Notes: a model not told the origin generated them from the letters alone. A stretch of 63,002 nucleotides of DNA, filler included, from Basidiobolus ranarum (GCA_040143965.1; 47 parts of 47 records of this genome joined end to end with filler, not necessarily neighbours in it); one strand, 5' to 3'. Shown: positions 1-12,756, counted from the first letter of the whole stretch. Program-made: numbers and translations.

Positions 1-516
1 CTGGACTCCCATCAATAGCCACTCATCTAGGAGTTTATTTAAATGCAAAGACTGGAAGTATTGAATTTGTATACATTCAAGTGGAATTTTGAAAAGATTT
101 CTGCCTAATAAGTATTGGCAACATTGGGAGTTGTTTGTGGATATTGTTAATATATTCTTATGGCATCAATTCACATTGGCAGATCTCAGGCAGATACAGT
201 AACTGTGCAAAGATTTTGTAATTGGATATGAAAAACTTTAATACAGGTTTAAAGAAGATAGACTGAATCTATGCCAGTATTCAGTACATTCCCTGCTGCA
301 TCTTTCACAATGCTTAGAGATTTTAGGTCCTTGCTATACATTCTGGGAGTTCCCAATGGAGTGCACCTGTGGTGAAATGATGCTCTGTGTGAAATTGTCA
401 GTATTGCCATATGCTAATCTGATTAACAATGTATCAGCAAAATCAGTGATGGATGTAATGCAATGGGTTAAGGAGACTCCAGAGTATATTAACTTGCCAA
501 CAGAGGGCTCTTTTCA
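1..516 (+). pseudogene. CACTA/CMC-type (Transposase_21/DUF4218-like) transposase fragment, degenerate
   Basis: Translates to ...VHSLLHLSQCLEILGPCYTFWEFPMECTCG, the HxxxH..LGP...W.FPME motif of this family. Several stops; interrupted at 517 by another element. Confidence 0.75.
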
Positions 517-1248
517 CCCAAACAAAAATAAAATTGATTTGATCCGGATTGGATCCACCCTCCAAAATAGCAAAACTGTCAGAGAACCATTGTAATATTG
601 TTGGCTTGCATTCTGCCAGGGATTTTGATGGTGTGATGGCAGCTTCTTGACGGTATCTTAATGGTATTCATACATGTTAAAATATTGATCTACAAATTTG
701 GCATGCATTATTCAATATCCAGCAATTTTTGCAAAAATATAATTTTCAAATAGCAAATTACTGGGTTTACTGCTGTTGGAATTCAAATTAATATGCATGC
801 CTTTATTTATATATTTTAGGCTTTGTATTCCAGCCATAATGAGGATCAAAAAATACAAGAATCTTGTTGTGTTTAGTCTCTACATATGCACATATTTGAC
901 TGATTAGACATAACTTAACAACATCAATATGCTTTACCAGCAAACTAATGGTGGAAAAATTGCTAAACATCTGAAATTTGGAATAGCACTGACACTTGGC
1001 AAGTAGCTGACTCTTGTTGCCATTCACAATGAGAATAAGCTCTTGGATTTTGGCAAATTTCCGTAAAGAAATCAGCCAATAAATTCCCAACTTGCAGTCA
1101 ACAAATGTCCTGCCACAAGTAGATGTGTCATTGTTTGAATAGATTACCCCATGGCTAAAACAATAATACTGCATATCTTCATCTGTCTCACCAAGAAGTC
1201 TGTCTTGCAGCTTTCCTAAAAATATCACTAGATTTTCACTCAAGCAAA
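517..1248 (-). mobile_element. Right end of the CCCTAAC-terminated DNA transposon, containing ORF remnant 803..1243
   Basis: Starts CCCAAACAAAAATAAAATTGATTTGATCCGG, the reverse complement of the ends at 7093 and 28361. Internal sequence is shared with 6735-7093, 31430-31735 and 42449-42903. Confidence 0.75.
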
Positions 1249-1348
1249 NNNNNNNNNNNNNNNNNNNNNNNNNNNNNNNNNNNNNNNNNNNNTTAATTAA
1301 TTAANNNNNNNNNNNNNNNNNNNNNNNNNNNNNNNNNNNNNNNNNNNN
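1249..1348. other. Artificial contig spacer (44 N + TTAATTAATTAA + 44 N); first of 46 identical spacers
   Basis: The same 100-bp spacer recurs about every 1.34 kb. The 12-mer gives stops in all six frames. Contig lengths fall steadily from 1248 to 1239 bp. Confidence 0.99.
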
Positions 1349-2595
1349 AGATCAATCTTTGTAAACACCTTGGCTGAAGCAAGCTGATCCAAGAGTTAGT
1401 TGATTAATGGCAAGGGGTACCAATTTTTGACTGTAATGCTATTTAGGCCATGATAATCAACACAGAGATGAAGAGATCCATCCTTTTTCTTAACAAACAA
1501 GATTGGAGAGCCTGCTGGGGACTTTGAATGTTGGATGAACTCTTTCTCTAAATTTTCTTCAATGTACTCCAGAATTTTGAGTTCTGGCTGGGTCAGCCAA
1601 TATATAGGCCCAAATGGTGGTTGTTTTCCTTCTTGTAGATCCATAGGGCCTTCATATTGGTGGCGAGCTGGGAGTATATCAGATTTCTTCTTGTCAAAGA
1701 CATCAGCAAAGGCTTGGTATTTGGGTGGGAGCTTATAAACCATAGATTTTGTTAGTTTCAACTCTTCAGCAATACTGTCAACAGATATTGGCTTTATAGA
1801 TGTTTTTAGGAGTTGGGCTGGTGATGAGTTGGATACTTTGCAGATTGGCAAATATGGACTAGGAGGTAGAGTTTGCTTGAACATCATAATCTTCTTCTCC
1901 CAATTGATTACTGGATTGTGCTGCATGAGCCATGAGATACCAAGGATAACTGGGTGGTGAGGTGAAGATATGATATTGAAGGCTATTTCTTCTTGATGAG
2001 CAGTGGACATGAGTGTTGTAAAGGTTGTTGCATGTGTTACAGCACCTGATGATAGTAGCCTTCCATCAACTACTTCTATAAGGATGGGACTAGATTTCTT
2101 GATTGTTGGGATAGAGTGGAATTTTACAAAGGCAGAGTCAATAAAACAGGAGGAAGCACCTGAATCAACAAGTGCAGTTGTTTTTATTGACTTGGAACTT
2201 GGTAGCAGGAGTGCAATGGGCAGCTTTAATGATTCATATGACTGCAGAGATTGCAATGTATGGTGAAGATACACTTTTAAAGATGTTTACCCAACTGCAT
2301 GCCCATTATTACAGCTGGGCACTGAAGTTTTCCAACAGTTGGGAAAAGTTCTCTTGTACTTGCATATTGTGATCTTATATCCAGGATTCTTTTTTGGACA
2401 GGTTTTTGCTACATGTCCAGGAGCTCCACAATAGATGCAGACATTCTCTTGTTGGTGTCAATATTTCTCCTGAGGGCTAAGCTTTCTGAAGCAAGTTCCA
2501 TCAATTTGCATTGGGTCATCAGCTTGCACTGTATTTTGTGTGTGATGGAAGGGGGGTGTGAAAGTAGATGATGAAGGAGAGAAGAAAGCAACCAT
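1349..2595 (-). mobile_element. Ty3/gypsy retrotransposon: gag zinc knuckle, protease, start of RT
   Basis: CIYCGAPGHVAKTC (CCHC knuckle), [13 protein letters not shown] (protease), [23 protein letters not shown] (RT). Confidence 0.93.
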
Positions 2596-2695
2596 NNNNN
2601 NNNNNNNNNNNNNNNNNNNNNNNNNNNNNNNNNNNNNNNTTAATTAATTAANNNNNNNNNNNNNNNNNNNNNNNNNNNNNNNNNNNNNNNNNNNN

Positions 2696-3942
2696 CCACT
2701 TGAATATATACCAATCCAATACTTCCAGTCATTACATTTGAATAAATGCCTAGATGAGTGGACATTGATGGGAGTCCTGGTTAAATATGATGGTATCTTG
2801 ACATTTTCAAGCATTTTCCCAATCAATTCAAGCTTTGATCCTATCTCAAATGGCTCATTCAAATTAAATTTTCCACTGTATAGCTGAGTAAGTAGTATTG
2901 GAATGTTGTTGAATAGTAAGTGCATGGTGCCTAATGGGAAGCTCTAGCTCCAACTGATCCCCTTTAGCATTATAATCTTAGGCTTAGGGCTAATACCAAG
3001 TGAGATGTTAGACTGGCTATTTGGTGAACTGATATCAGTGATGATATTGAAATCTGACTGGGCTCTTGATAGTAAAATTATGAAGTTTAGTGTTGTATTT
3101 GGATAGTAGTGATGCGTATGCCTGTTAGAGTAAACTCAATTAATTCAACAAAATCTACAGCAAGATAGTGCATTGTGCCCACAAAATCTCCAAGTTTACT
3201 GATGGCTGGAGTATCACCAATACATACATTGATACTAGCTTTAATAAAAGATTCACCCATCTGAACCCTATAAGAAAACAATTCAAATTCCACAATCAAA
3301 GGCTCCATGAGGCATTCTATAAGCATCAGTGATTTAGGGCCAGATATGATAGATAGTACCAAAATATTATGACTTGTATACCATTCAGAAGGAGCAAGAT
3401 TTAAGTTGATTAAAATTATTGGCCAGCTAGCCTTTCTAATGGTGTATTTGTTTAGCAAGAAACCATCCAGGGCCAATGGAAATGCATGATCAAACATGTT
3501 CTTAAAGAAACCTTGACTTTTCAAATTCTGGTAGTGATATCCAACAATTATATTGGTAATACCATTAGCTTTATGAAGAGTACACTGGTATTGGTTCAAC
3601 AATCTATATTTGGGCAATTTCAGCAAGACTTTAAGACAGGGAATCAATGGTATGTATGGCAAATATGAACAATATTTCCCTGATTCTGTGATTGCCAATT
3701 GTTTGCAAGCAGTACATGACTTCAGGTTCTTCAGATCACCAGTGAAAGCCATGGGCAAAACCAAAGTCAATTTAGTGTACTTATTACTGTTGTTATCCAT
3801 CAGGCTTTGTGCAGCTGGTGGCTTTGTACAGTGACTGTGCTTGTGTTTATTTTTTCTATGGAGCCTCTGCCTTTCATAGCACAAGAATTTGTGACAATAA
3901 TAGCAGGGCTTCTTTAAACATTTGTGCTGTGGCATGAGAAGG
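2696..3942 (-). pseudogene. CACTA/CMC-type transposase, internally deleted and degenerate
   Basis: LDGF...SWPIILINLNLAPSEWY...IISGPK...IGDTPAISKLG and MHLLFNNIP motifs. Same family as 12117-12756, 26990-27830, 48540-49575 and 52389-53067. Confidence 0.82.
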
Positions 3943-4956
3943 NNNNNNNNNNNNNNNNNNNNNNNNNNNNNNNNNNNNNNNNNNNNTTAATTAATTAANN
4001 NNNNNNNNNNNNNNNNNNNNNNNNNNNNNNNNNNNNNNNNNNTCAGTTAATCGCGCATCAAACATATCCAATACAAGAGGTAAGTATGAATGTATAGACA
4101 AAGTAATACCTGTATAAGTGGAATGCAACATAGCGTTCTTAAAAAGCAGAATTCCAATGCGTCAAGGATAATCTATCCTCACCAATATTTCAAGCGAGAT
4201 ATTTTACAACGATTAGAAACTCGATAGAAGTCATAGCTCTATCCGAAAGATTAATGAAATGCCCCGTTAAAGCAACTACAACTATTATAACTTTCGTTTA
4301 TTGGTGGAAGAATAAAGCATGCTCATTAGTTTGATAGTATAGGGAGTACGTTAAAGGCAAAATTAATAGGGTTTTTAGTAGTAAATCTGATGCCCGACCG
4401 CTCCGAAGCTATCATATGAGAGTAACTTGTTTCTGAAAGTATTATAGTAGATGAAGCTATTTTGTAAGCATATGCCATATGGGTGAATTGGTGAAAGGAT
4501 GTGAAAGAAATTCATAAAGAGAGACATATATATATTGAATTTATCAGCATTTCCTTCTATGATCCTTATCAAGCCTGAAAACTTTATTTCGACTCTCCTC
4601 TTATACAGTAAAATTTAAATGTCGATACGCCAAATGTCAATACCACTCTACGGATACTCTGTTATACCTTTATAGCCTGCTTACCAGTAGTTTTATATTG
4701 TTGAGAGTAAAATCTGAAGGCATGATTGAAATAGCTAAATGTTTATGTAGCATCAAAGGTAATTCAGGATATTCTATTAGGGAAATAAAATCAAGTGCGA
4801 ATAATACCTCTATCAGGTATATTATCTGATATTAGTCATATCTTACTCACTTCAACAGGTGTGACAGTTTTGGATACACCTACTTACTTTAATATTATGT
4901 GCTGATCATTCCAAAAAGTATATACAATACTTCTATGTGACAAGACGTCTACATTT

Positions 4957-5130
4957 TGTTGAAATTAGCATTGCCTAAACACCTATATAGTCATATATAG
5001 CTTAGTATTTGGTTATCTTATATTTTACTAAGATATTACCCATTATTTTCAATTGGAATTTACTTAAAACATTTTTACTAACTTTGAAGTTCTCAGATAT
5101 ATAGATTTTTCAAACGTGTGCTAGAAGCCC
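4957..5130 (+). mobile_element. Copia LTR family A fragment
   Basis: Starts TGTTGAAATTAGCATTGCC and matches 9813-10159. Confidence 0.8.
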
Positions 5131-5388
5131 CTAATGCCATACGTGGTGCATCTGGACTTAACACAAAAATAAAAGTCATTGGTTTGACAACATTGATTAG
5201 TTCTAAAACAACCAAGCAATAGTTGAATTATTATATTGACCCATAGGTTAACATGTCTTGGCTAGATCCTCCTCTATCTTGTATATATNNNNNNNNNNNN
5301 NNNNNNNNNNNNNNNNNNNNNNNNNNNNNNNNTTAATTAATTAANNNNNNNNNNNNNNNNNNNNNNNNNNNNNNNNNNNNNNNNNNNN

Positions 5389-5664
5389 TTATTGAGTACA
5401 GAGTTGACATTTATAGTTTGTCAAGATGTAAACAAACTAACATGTAGAATATGTTAAGGAAGGTCCCAGGAACATGGGTGTAAAGTTTGGGGCTTCTAGC
5501 TCAAGTTTGAAAAACTCTGTATATCTGAGAACTTCTAAGTTGGTAAAAATTTTCTAAGTAAATTCTGATTAAGAATAATTGATAATATCTTAGTGAGTTA
5601 TAAGATAACTAAGTACTAAGTTATATATGACTATATAGGTGTTTAGGCAATGCTAATTTCAACA
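5389..5664 (-). mobile_element. Copia LTR family A (partial)
   Basis: Reverse-complement match to 9813-10159; ends GCTAATTTCAACA. Confidence 0.85.
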
Positions 5665-5822
5665 GTAGCCACCAATTTAGGCAGGAGCTGATCACATAAA
5701 TCTTCACATCAAAGTACTATGCTTGTCAGATCTCAAACAGATCTGTAAACATTTTTGCTAGTCCATTTGGCTACACAAGTTTTAATAGACTATTACAAAT
5801 CTATTTCTTTTTGCTAGATTTT

Positions 5823-6182
5823 TGTGGAATTGAGCATTAACTAAACACCTATATGATCATGTATTGCTTAGTACTTTTTTATCTGATATTTCACAAAGGT
5901 ATTATCAATTATTCCCAATTGGAACTAACTTGGAATATTTACACCAACTTTGAAGTTCCCAGATATATAGAATTTTTAAACTTGTAATAGAAGCCCAAAA
6001 CTTTGCACACATGTTCCTGGGATCCTCCTTAACACAATCTAAACATTAGTTTATTTACATCATGACAAGATTATAAATGTCAACTTTCTACTCAATCAAT
6101 CAATAAGTGAAAAGCATGAATTTTCTATTTTTTCCAAACCACCTGCAACAGGCTCCCAAATCCCTCAACAGGTTTTGAGCCA
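5823..6182 (+). mobile_element. Copia 5' LTR family A plus PBS
   Basis: TG...TCAACA followed by GGTTTTGAGCC, a degenerate GGTTATGAGCCC. Confidence 0.85.
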
Positions 6183-6212
6183 CAAGCTTGCACTCTCCAT
6201 CATCTCTACTTC

Positions 6213-6634
6213 TGTGGAATAATTAATCTTTATTCAATATTTTGGTAAACTTTAGTTATGATACATATATCCAAAACAAAAAGCAATATTTTGATAGCTC
6301 CCATATTACAAAAAGAAGTATCTCTATATCTATATAACAAGTAGTCTTATTAGCCCCACTTGTCTATTATATCTTATTAGACAAACTCCTGAATATCTCA
6401 AACAATTGATTCACTATTTCACTATATAAGTCACCATACACTCTGAATAATAAAGTAACTAAAACACACTATCATAAGATGATTCTAATACTCAAAGTCT
6501 ACCACCATTAAGTCAAGAGCCTCCATCATGGTAGCAGCAGGTGACTTAGAGTTTTCTTCCCAAAAAGAGATTACTGATATTCAAACATTCAATGGGGAAG
6601 ATTCCCATGAATGGAAATTTAAGATACAACGCCT
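6213..6634 (+). mobile_element. Second LTR and copia gag start, inserted into the family A gag start
   Basis: TG-starting AT-rich segment similar to about 16820-17080, followed by IQTFNGEDSHEWKFK (copia gag N-terminus). Confidence 0.55.
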
Positions 6635-6734
6635 NNNNNNNNNNNNNNNNNNNNNNNNNNNNNNNNNNNNNNNNNNNNTTAATTAATTAANNNNNNNNNN
6701 NNNNNNNNNNNNNNNNNNNNNNNNNNNNNNNNNN

Positions 6735-7093
6735 TAAACACAACAAGATTCTTGTATTTTTTGATTCTCATTATGGCTGGAATACAAAGCCTAAAATATC
6801 TAAATAAAGGCATGCATATTAATTCAAATTCCTACAGCAGTAAACACAGTAATTGGCCATTTGTAAATTGTATTTTTGCAAAAATTGCCAGGTATTGAAA
6901 AACGCATGCCAAATTTGAGGATCAATATTTTAACATGCATGAATACCATAAAGATACCATCAAGAAACCACCGTCACACCATCAAAATCCCTGGCAGAAT
7001 GCAAGCCAGCGATATTGTGACGGTTCTCTGACGGTTTTGCTATTTCGGAGGGTGGATCCAATCCGGATCAAATCAATTTTATTTTTGTTAGGG
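6735..7093 (+). mobile_element. Right end of the CCCTAAC-terminated DNA transposon
   Basis: Ends ...GGATCAAATCAATTTTATTTTTGTTAGGG, directly abutting a copia integrase. Confidence 0.8.
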
Positions 7094-7980
7094 TGTGCTT
7101 TCTCTACTAAAGTCCTATTCATACTTTCTGCAACTCCATTTTGTTCTGCACTATATGGAATAGTAAATTGCTGCAGGTTTCCCTTTTCTTGACAAATGCT
7201 AGTCATGGCTTCATTGCAAAATTCAGTTCCATTATCACTGCATAGGTATTTGATTTTTCTTCCTGTTATGTTTGTGTCCATTGCTTCATATATCTTGAAG
7301 TATTGAAACACTTCTCCTTTGCTCAACAGAAGATATGATACTGTGAAGTGAGATTTATCATCAATAAAGATGAGTAAATATTGTCACTTACTTGGTGTCA
7401 GAGTTTGCATTGGGCCACATAAGTCTGTATGAATAAGATCCAATAAATCTTTGGCTTTGCTAGCTCCTTCTTTTGGAAATGGTTTTCTGGTGATTTTCCC
7501 TTGAATACAGCTTCCACATTTAGTAATATCTGAGGGCTTAAGATCCATTCCAGTACATAGGCTATTTTTATATAATAGTTTCACACTATTATAGTTTAGA
7601 TGACTCAAGCACTGATGCCAAGTAATCAAGTTTCCAAAAGTAATTGTTGCAAAGTTAGAAACAGTGTCAGTTATTGGTGCAATATCCAGGTGATATAGAT
7701 TCCCAATTCTTGTCCAGTTGCTACTATCAAGTCCTTTGATTGGTATATGATTGCTTTTCCTTGGCTGAATTAGACATCATAATGTTTCTTTTCAATTGCA
7801 CCAATTGAAAACAGATTTGTTGTAAATGATGGAATATATAAGACATCTTCCAATGTTACCATTACACTCTTGGTTTTACTTATTTGTAAGTCAAGTGTGA
7901 CCTTTCCCATTCCATATGCAACCAGTTTGTTTCTTCCAGCTACCATGATGTCCAGAGGTTCTATTTCCTTATAGTCATGC
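7094..7980 (-). mobile_element. Ty1/copia pol fragment (GAG-pre-integrase, integrase)
   Basis: WHQCLSHLN, DLIHTDLCGPM, SDNGTEF, PYSAEQNGVAE. Closely related to 17496-18739. Confidence 0.92.
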
Positions 7981-8080
7981 NNNNNNNNNNNNNNNNNNNN
8001 NNNNNNNNNNNNNNNNNNNNNNNNTTAATTAATTAANNNNNNNNNNNNNNNNNNNNNNNNNNNNNNNNNNNNNNNNNNNN

Positions 8081-8560
8081 CATCCATCAACAGTTGCTGC
8101 AAAGTCTCATTGAGTAGTGGTAGATATCTATTTAGAACATCTTTTGTCTCTAAAGTTGAGGCTGCAACAGTTGCTTCCAGTCCATACAAGCAAAAACATG
8201 TTTGGAATTGTGTCTTTTGTGGACTCAAAATCAAAATTCCTATTTCTTAATTCATGCTTTCTATCCTCATGAGTCTTATTGTATATTTTCTTGCAGACAT
8301 CTGAAGGCATGAAGATATAGTATTCTCTCCAAAGCAGAGTTGAAAGTTGCTTCCACTTTTTTCTAATGCCCCCTTCCCCAGCTTCTGTCAACTTTATCAA
8401 TAACTCCCATATATCCAAGCAAAAATTCATAGTGGATACCTGGGCATCTGTAAAATCATTAGGCATGCACTGCTTTGCATCACTAACACCTTCATTCAAC
8501 TGCACATGTGAAATTTTGGAAGTGGTGGTTTCTTGTACCAAAGTAAATTGTTAATTAGGA
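8081..8560 (-). pseudogene. Accessory ORF remnant of the CACTA-like element
   Basis: Homologous to 49709-49960 (ASTLETK.VLNRYLPLLNE). The same ORF is joined to the transposase in contig 26900-28142. Confidence 0.5.
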
Positions 8561-9426
8561 AGAATCTGTTTGGACTTGATATGTTACTACCTTATATATC
8601 AATGATGTTAGACTTTATTGGTTTCAATCAGAATTTGAGATATTTTTGAATTAATACTTAAAATGTCAAAGTTAGTTCCCTATAGTGTGATCAAGCATAA
8701 TGCATTCTGCTTTGAGCCATTTTGATATGTATGCTAAATGATTTGATTTGATTTAAACTATGATTAACTTTGCTGATACAGTTTTTTATACAATTTCCAT
8801 GCAATTACACATAATTGAAATAATTAGGATGATAAACACAAACAGAAATTTTATTATACCAAATGTAGGGAATTTTACCATGATAAATGAAATTCTTAGA
8901 AAAATAACTTGCATGCACCAGATCAATCACTATTATGCCAGCCCAATACAAGATTAATATAATGCTCTCCATCTACTCTACATGGTCATTCCTCATTAAA
9001 CCAAAAGCAACTACTGGCTTTGCTATCACCACCCTAGAAGCTCTATTTGAAAAATACTGTGCCTCATTTATTCCATTACCAACCAAAAAGCAGCTAGTCA
9101 ATTTGTTTTGTTACTACAAGACTATGGTCCAATCAGATTTCAGTGCACTATTAATGGTAGCGAAAGTGGGAGAAGCTTCCATACCAGGCTTCAAGTAGGT
9201 GAGAATTATCTAGCTTCAGTGATGAATGACATTGAAGGTGCCTAGGACAAAAGATTTTGAGACTCTAATTTCCTTCCATTTGCTGGAGTATTTCCCAATA
9301 GAGTTCAAATCAGAAGTATTCTTGACNNNNNNNNNNNNNNNNNNNNNNNNNNNNNNNNNNNNNNNNNNNNTTAATTAATTAANNNNNNNNNNNNNNNNNN
9401 NNNNNNNNNNNNNNNNNNNNNNNNNN

Positions 9427-9812
9427 TGTACAATCTGTTTAGGAAGGTCCTAGGAGCATGTGTGCAAAGTTTGGGGCTTCAAGCACAAGTTTGAGAATAT
9501 TTATATATCTGGGAACTTCTAGATAGTCAACAATGTTCTAAGTAAATTCCAATTGAGAATAGTGGCTAATGTTTAAGTAAAATATAAGATAACTAAATGC
9601 TAAGCTATATATGACTATATTGGTGCTTAGCAATGTGAATTTCAACACTCTCCCTCAACTAAATAGTCATATAAACTAATCCTAAGGAAGGTCTAATTTT
9701 CTCAAATTTCTGTCTAGCCAATGGTTCAGTAATATATCAGCAATCATGTCTTCTGTAGAGCTATACATTAAGGTAATAAGCTTATTTTCTAGAGTCTCTC
9801 TAATGAAATGAT
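9427..9812 (-). mobile_element. Copia family A 3' end: RNase H, polypurine tract (PPT), LTR
   Basis: Minus strand reads RNase H tail (..STEDMIAD..), then GTTGAGGGAGAG (PPT, about 9648-9659), then TGTTGAA LTR start at 9647. Confidence 0.88.
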
Positions 9813-10671
9813 TGTTGAAATTAACATTGCTTAAGCACCTATATAGTCATATATAGCTTAGTACTTAGTTATCTTATAGTTCAATAAGACATTGTCCATT
9901 ATTCTCAATCAGAATTTACTTCAGATATTTTTACCAACTTAGAAGTTCTCAGGTATAAAGATTTTCAAACTTGATCTAGAAGCCCCAAACTTTGCACACA
10001 TGTTCCTGGGACCTTGCTTAACACATTCTACATGTCAGTTTGTCTACATCTTGACAAAACTATAAATGTCAACTTTCTACTCAATAAATCAACAAGCAAA
10101 AACCACCAATTCCTCTAATTCTCCAAATCACTTCCAACAGGCTCCCAAATACTTTAACAGGTCATGAGCCCCAAGCTTGCACTCTCTGTAATGTCTACTT
10201 CTCAGATTTATGGAACTCTCCTCTCTTCTCAAAAATTGGATGGAACCAATTATCAAGGTTAGTATATTAACATGAAAATGCTGCTGCAAGAAAAGGGACT
10301 TTGGGACACTGTTTTAAGAGAAGGAAACAATGCAAAACTATCTGAAAACAAAGTCTTACTCTTGTCTACAAAAGAACAAAGTGCCTATAACACAATTTGT
10401 CTTAATATTAAAGACAAATTGCTAATTCAATGTTCAAGAGCTAAAGCTGCCAGGAAGGTATGGAAATCCTTGGAAGACACCTACCAAACAAGTTCTGCTG
10501 CCAACAAGATGTTTCTAAGAAGACAGTTCTTTTACTTAAAGATGAAGCCAGGAGAACACATTAAATCACTAATTAATAGAGTCACTATTTTAGTGGATGA
10601 AATAGAATGCATTGGAGTACGTACTACTGATCAAGCTATCATAGTTACAGTCATGAATTGCCTGCTACAGG
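9813..10671 (+). mobile_element. Copia family A 5' end: LTR (9813-10159), PBS (10160-10171), gag
   Basis: TGTTGAAATT...TTTAACA, GGTCATGAGCCC, then KLDGTNYQG*..MKMLLQEKGLW and NKMFLRRQFF (UBN2-type gag). Confidence 0.92.
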
Positions 10672-10771
10672 NNNNNNNNNNNNNNNNNNNNNNNNNNNNN
10701 NNNNNNNNNNNNNNNTTAATTAATTAANNNNNNNNNNNNNNNNNNNNNNNNNNNNNNNNNNNNNNNNNNNN

Positions 10772-11000
10772 CAGGTGACCTTCCATGGAAGGTCTTGGTG
10801 GAAATACACTATGTGTGGGATGACATGATTGGTTAGGTTTCATGGAATGTTCCAAAGAACATGACTTCCATATAAGATAATCTGGATGAACTAACACCAG
10901 ATTGCCAAGAAGGGATGGCACAGCAGATATGATGTCATAATCTAATAATAGAAGAGTTCTATTTGTAGTGGATCAGTATGCCAAGATCAGAATCATGACA
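10772..11000 (-). mobile_element. LTR family B (TGTCATGATTCTG start; probably gypsy)
   Basis: Near-identical to 31736-32170 and 50638-50948, with the same sharp TGTCA terminus in three different contexts. Confidence 0.75.
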
Positions 11001-11542
11001 ATTTCAAGTATATTCCAATTGAGGATAATGGATAATATCCTGGTGAAATATAAGATAACCAAGTAGTTAGCTATATATGACTATATAGGTGCTTAGGCAA
11101 TGCTATTTCAACCCTCTCTCTCAACTAAATAGTCATATAAACTAATACTAATAAAGGTCTAAATTTCTCAAATTTCTGTCTATCTACTGGTGTGGTTAAT
11201 ATATCAGTAATCATGTTTTCTGTAGAACAATAAGTTAAGTCAATAAATGTATTCTCTACAGTCTCTCTAATGCACTGAATCTTAATATCTATATGTTTGC
11301 TTCTATTAGGAAATGTGGGATTTTTAGCTAACTTTATACAACTTTGATTATAGTGAAATCTTGTGGTTGGTGAATTTTGAGAGTAACCTAAATCTGTTAA
11401 GAGTTTTCTTAACCATATTACTTCTTTTGTTGCTCCACAGGCAGCCATATATTCTGCTTTTGTTGTTAAAAGTGCTATGGTAGATTGTTTCTTTGAATTC
11501 CAAGAAATAGCTCCATTATAGCAAAGAAATAAGTAACCTATT
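11001..11542 (-). mobile_element. Copia family A RNase H, PPT and partial LTR
   Basis: EVIWLRKLL...RSKHIDIK...NMITDILT, then a purine tract and TTGAAATAGC. Confidence 0.9.
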
Positions 11543-11836
11543 CCCTGACAGAATTTTGAGGATTGTTATTGTTGGAAAACCATCACAGTTTTAATCCATT
11601 TGGGATTGACCATTTACTTACCATCATAAAATTGTCAAGTTAGATGTGATTTTAATCAATTTTTTAAGATTCACAAGTGACATTTCAAGATCTCACAAAA
11701 TAGTTACAAATGATTGGCTAAAATCTCACAGAACTAAGGATCAACATGTGTGTGAAAAACATAACTCAAATTTTACACAATTACCACTTGAATGCTAATT
11801 TGTCACCTTCAAAATCCCTAGTCTCTTTGACATATT
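11543..11836 (+). mobile_element. Left end of the CCCTAAC-terminated DNA transposon
   Basis: CCCTGACAGAATTTTGAGGATTG matches 29031 and the reverse complement at 55121. Confidence 0.8.
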
Positions 11837-11862
11837 TGTTGAAATTATATAGGGAGAAATAT

Positions 11863-11935
11863 TGGTCTGACCAGGAATTGAACCTGGGACCTCCTTCACT
11901 CTAGTAAGGTGCTCTAACCACTGAGCTACCAGTCC
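11863..11935 (-). tRNA. tRNA-like sequence inside LTR family T (LTR fragment 11837-12016)
   Basis: 73-nt cloverleaf with A box TAGCTCAGTGG and B box GGTTCAATTCC. Flanks are shared with three other copies. Confidence 0.7.
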
Positions 11936-12116
11936 TTGTATGCTATGCCTATATTGCTAGGGAACCTTAACCTAGTCTGTCAATGTATGGTACTTTGGCA
12001 TTTCAGCTTTACAAGCNNNNNNNNNNNNNNNNNNNNNNNNNNNNNNNNNNNNNNNNNNNNTTAATTAATTAANNNNNNNNNNNNNNNNNNNNNNNNNNNN
12101 NNNNNNNNNNNNNNNN

Positions 12117-12756
12117 GAAGGATTATAAGTCATACAATTGACAAATGTTTTCCACTTGTACCAGGTCTGTGGCAAGCAACAGTTGCCTATCAACTGTGGT
12201 AAAAGTGTAAGAAAACCAATAAACATCTGGCTGCCAAGATTGAACTGAACTCTCCACTCCTCAATAATAAAGCTGCTTTCTTTACAGTAAGTGTGATGAG
12301 TGGACCAATGCTTGTGAATAATAAAGAGTCAATAACAAAACTATTGTCTTCATCTTTAACTTCTGATATATTACCATTAGCACTGGAATAACCAAGGTCA
12401 ACATCTAGCAGCAAGTCCTCAAAGTTGTCCGGACTTACTGGTTTGACCAAAGTTTCTTTTCTATCTACATCATTCTGGTCATATGACTGTGCTAACTCCA
12501 CAATATCTTGACTTTTGGCAGTGTTACCAAGACATAGAGGCAAAGTACAGTCAGTGGACTCAGTGGACTCAGTGGGCAAAACTAAAGTTGATTTTGTGCA
12601 CTTATTACTGTTGATATTCACCAGGCTTTGTGCAGCTGGTGGCTTTGTACAGTGACCATGCATGTGATTATTTTTTCTATGGAGCCTCCAGCTTTCATAG
12701 CCCAATAACTTTTGACAATAATAGCAGGGCTTCTTTAAACATTTGGGTTGTAGCAT
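12117..12756 (-). pseudogene. CACTA/CMC-type transposase N-terminal region
   Basis: KCLKKPCYYC... start, homologous to ORFs 3087..3935 and 48540..49334. Confidence 0.75.

Noticed and set aside
6982-7326. Shared peptide HPNKNKIDLIRIGSTL at the ends of two unrelated ORFs (356..595 and 6982..7326)
   Set aside because: Read-through into the terminus of the CCCTAAC element inserted in both, not a protein domain.
11863-11935. Calling the four tRNA-like sequences ordinary host tRNA-Ser genes
   Set aside because: They share LTR flanks, have acceptor and anticodon stem mismatches, and lack both a long variable arm and an oligo-T terminator.
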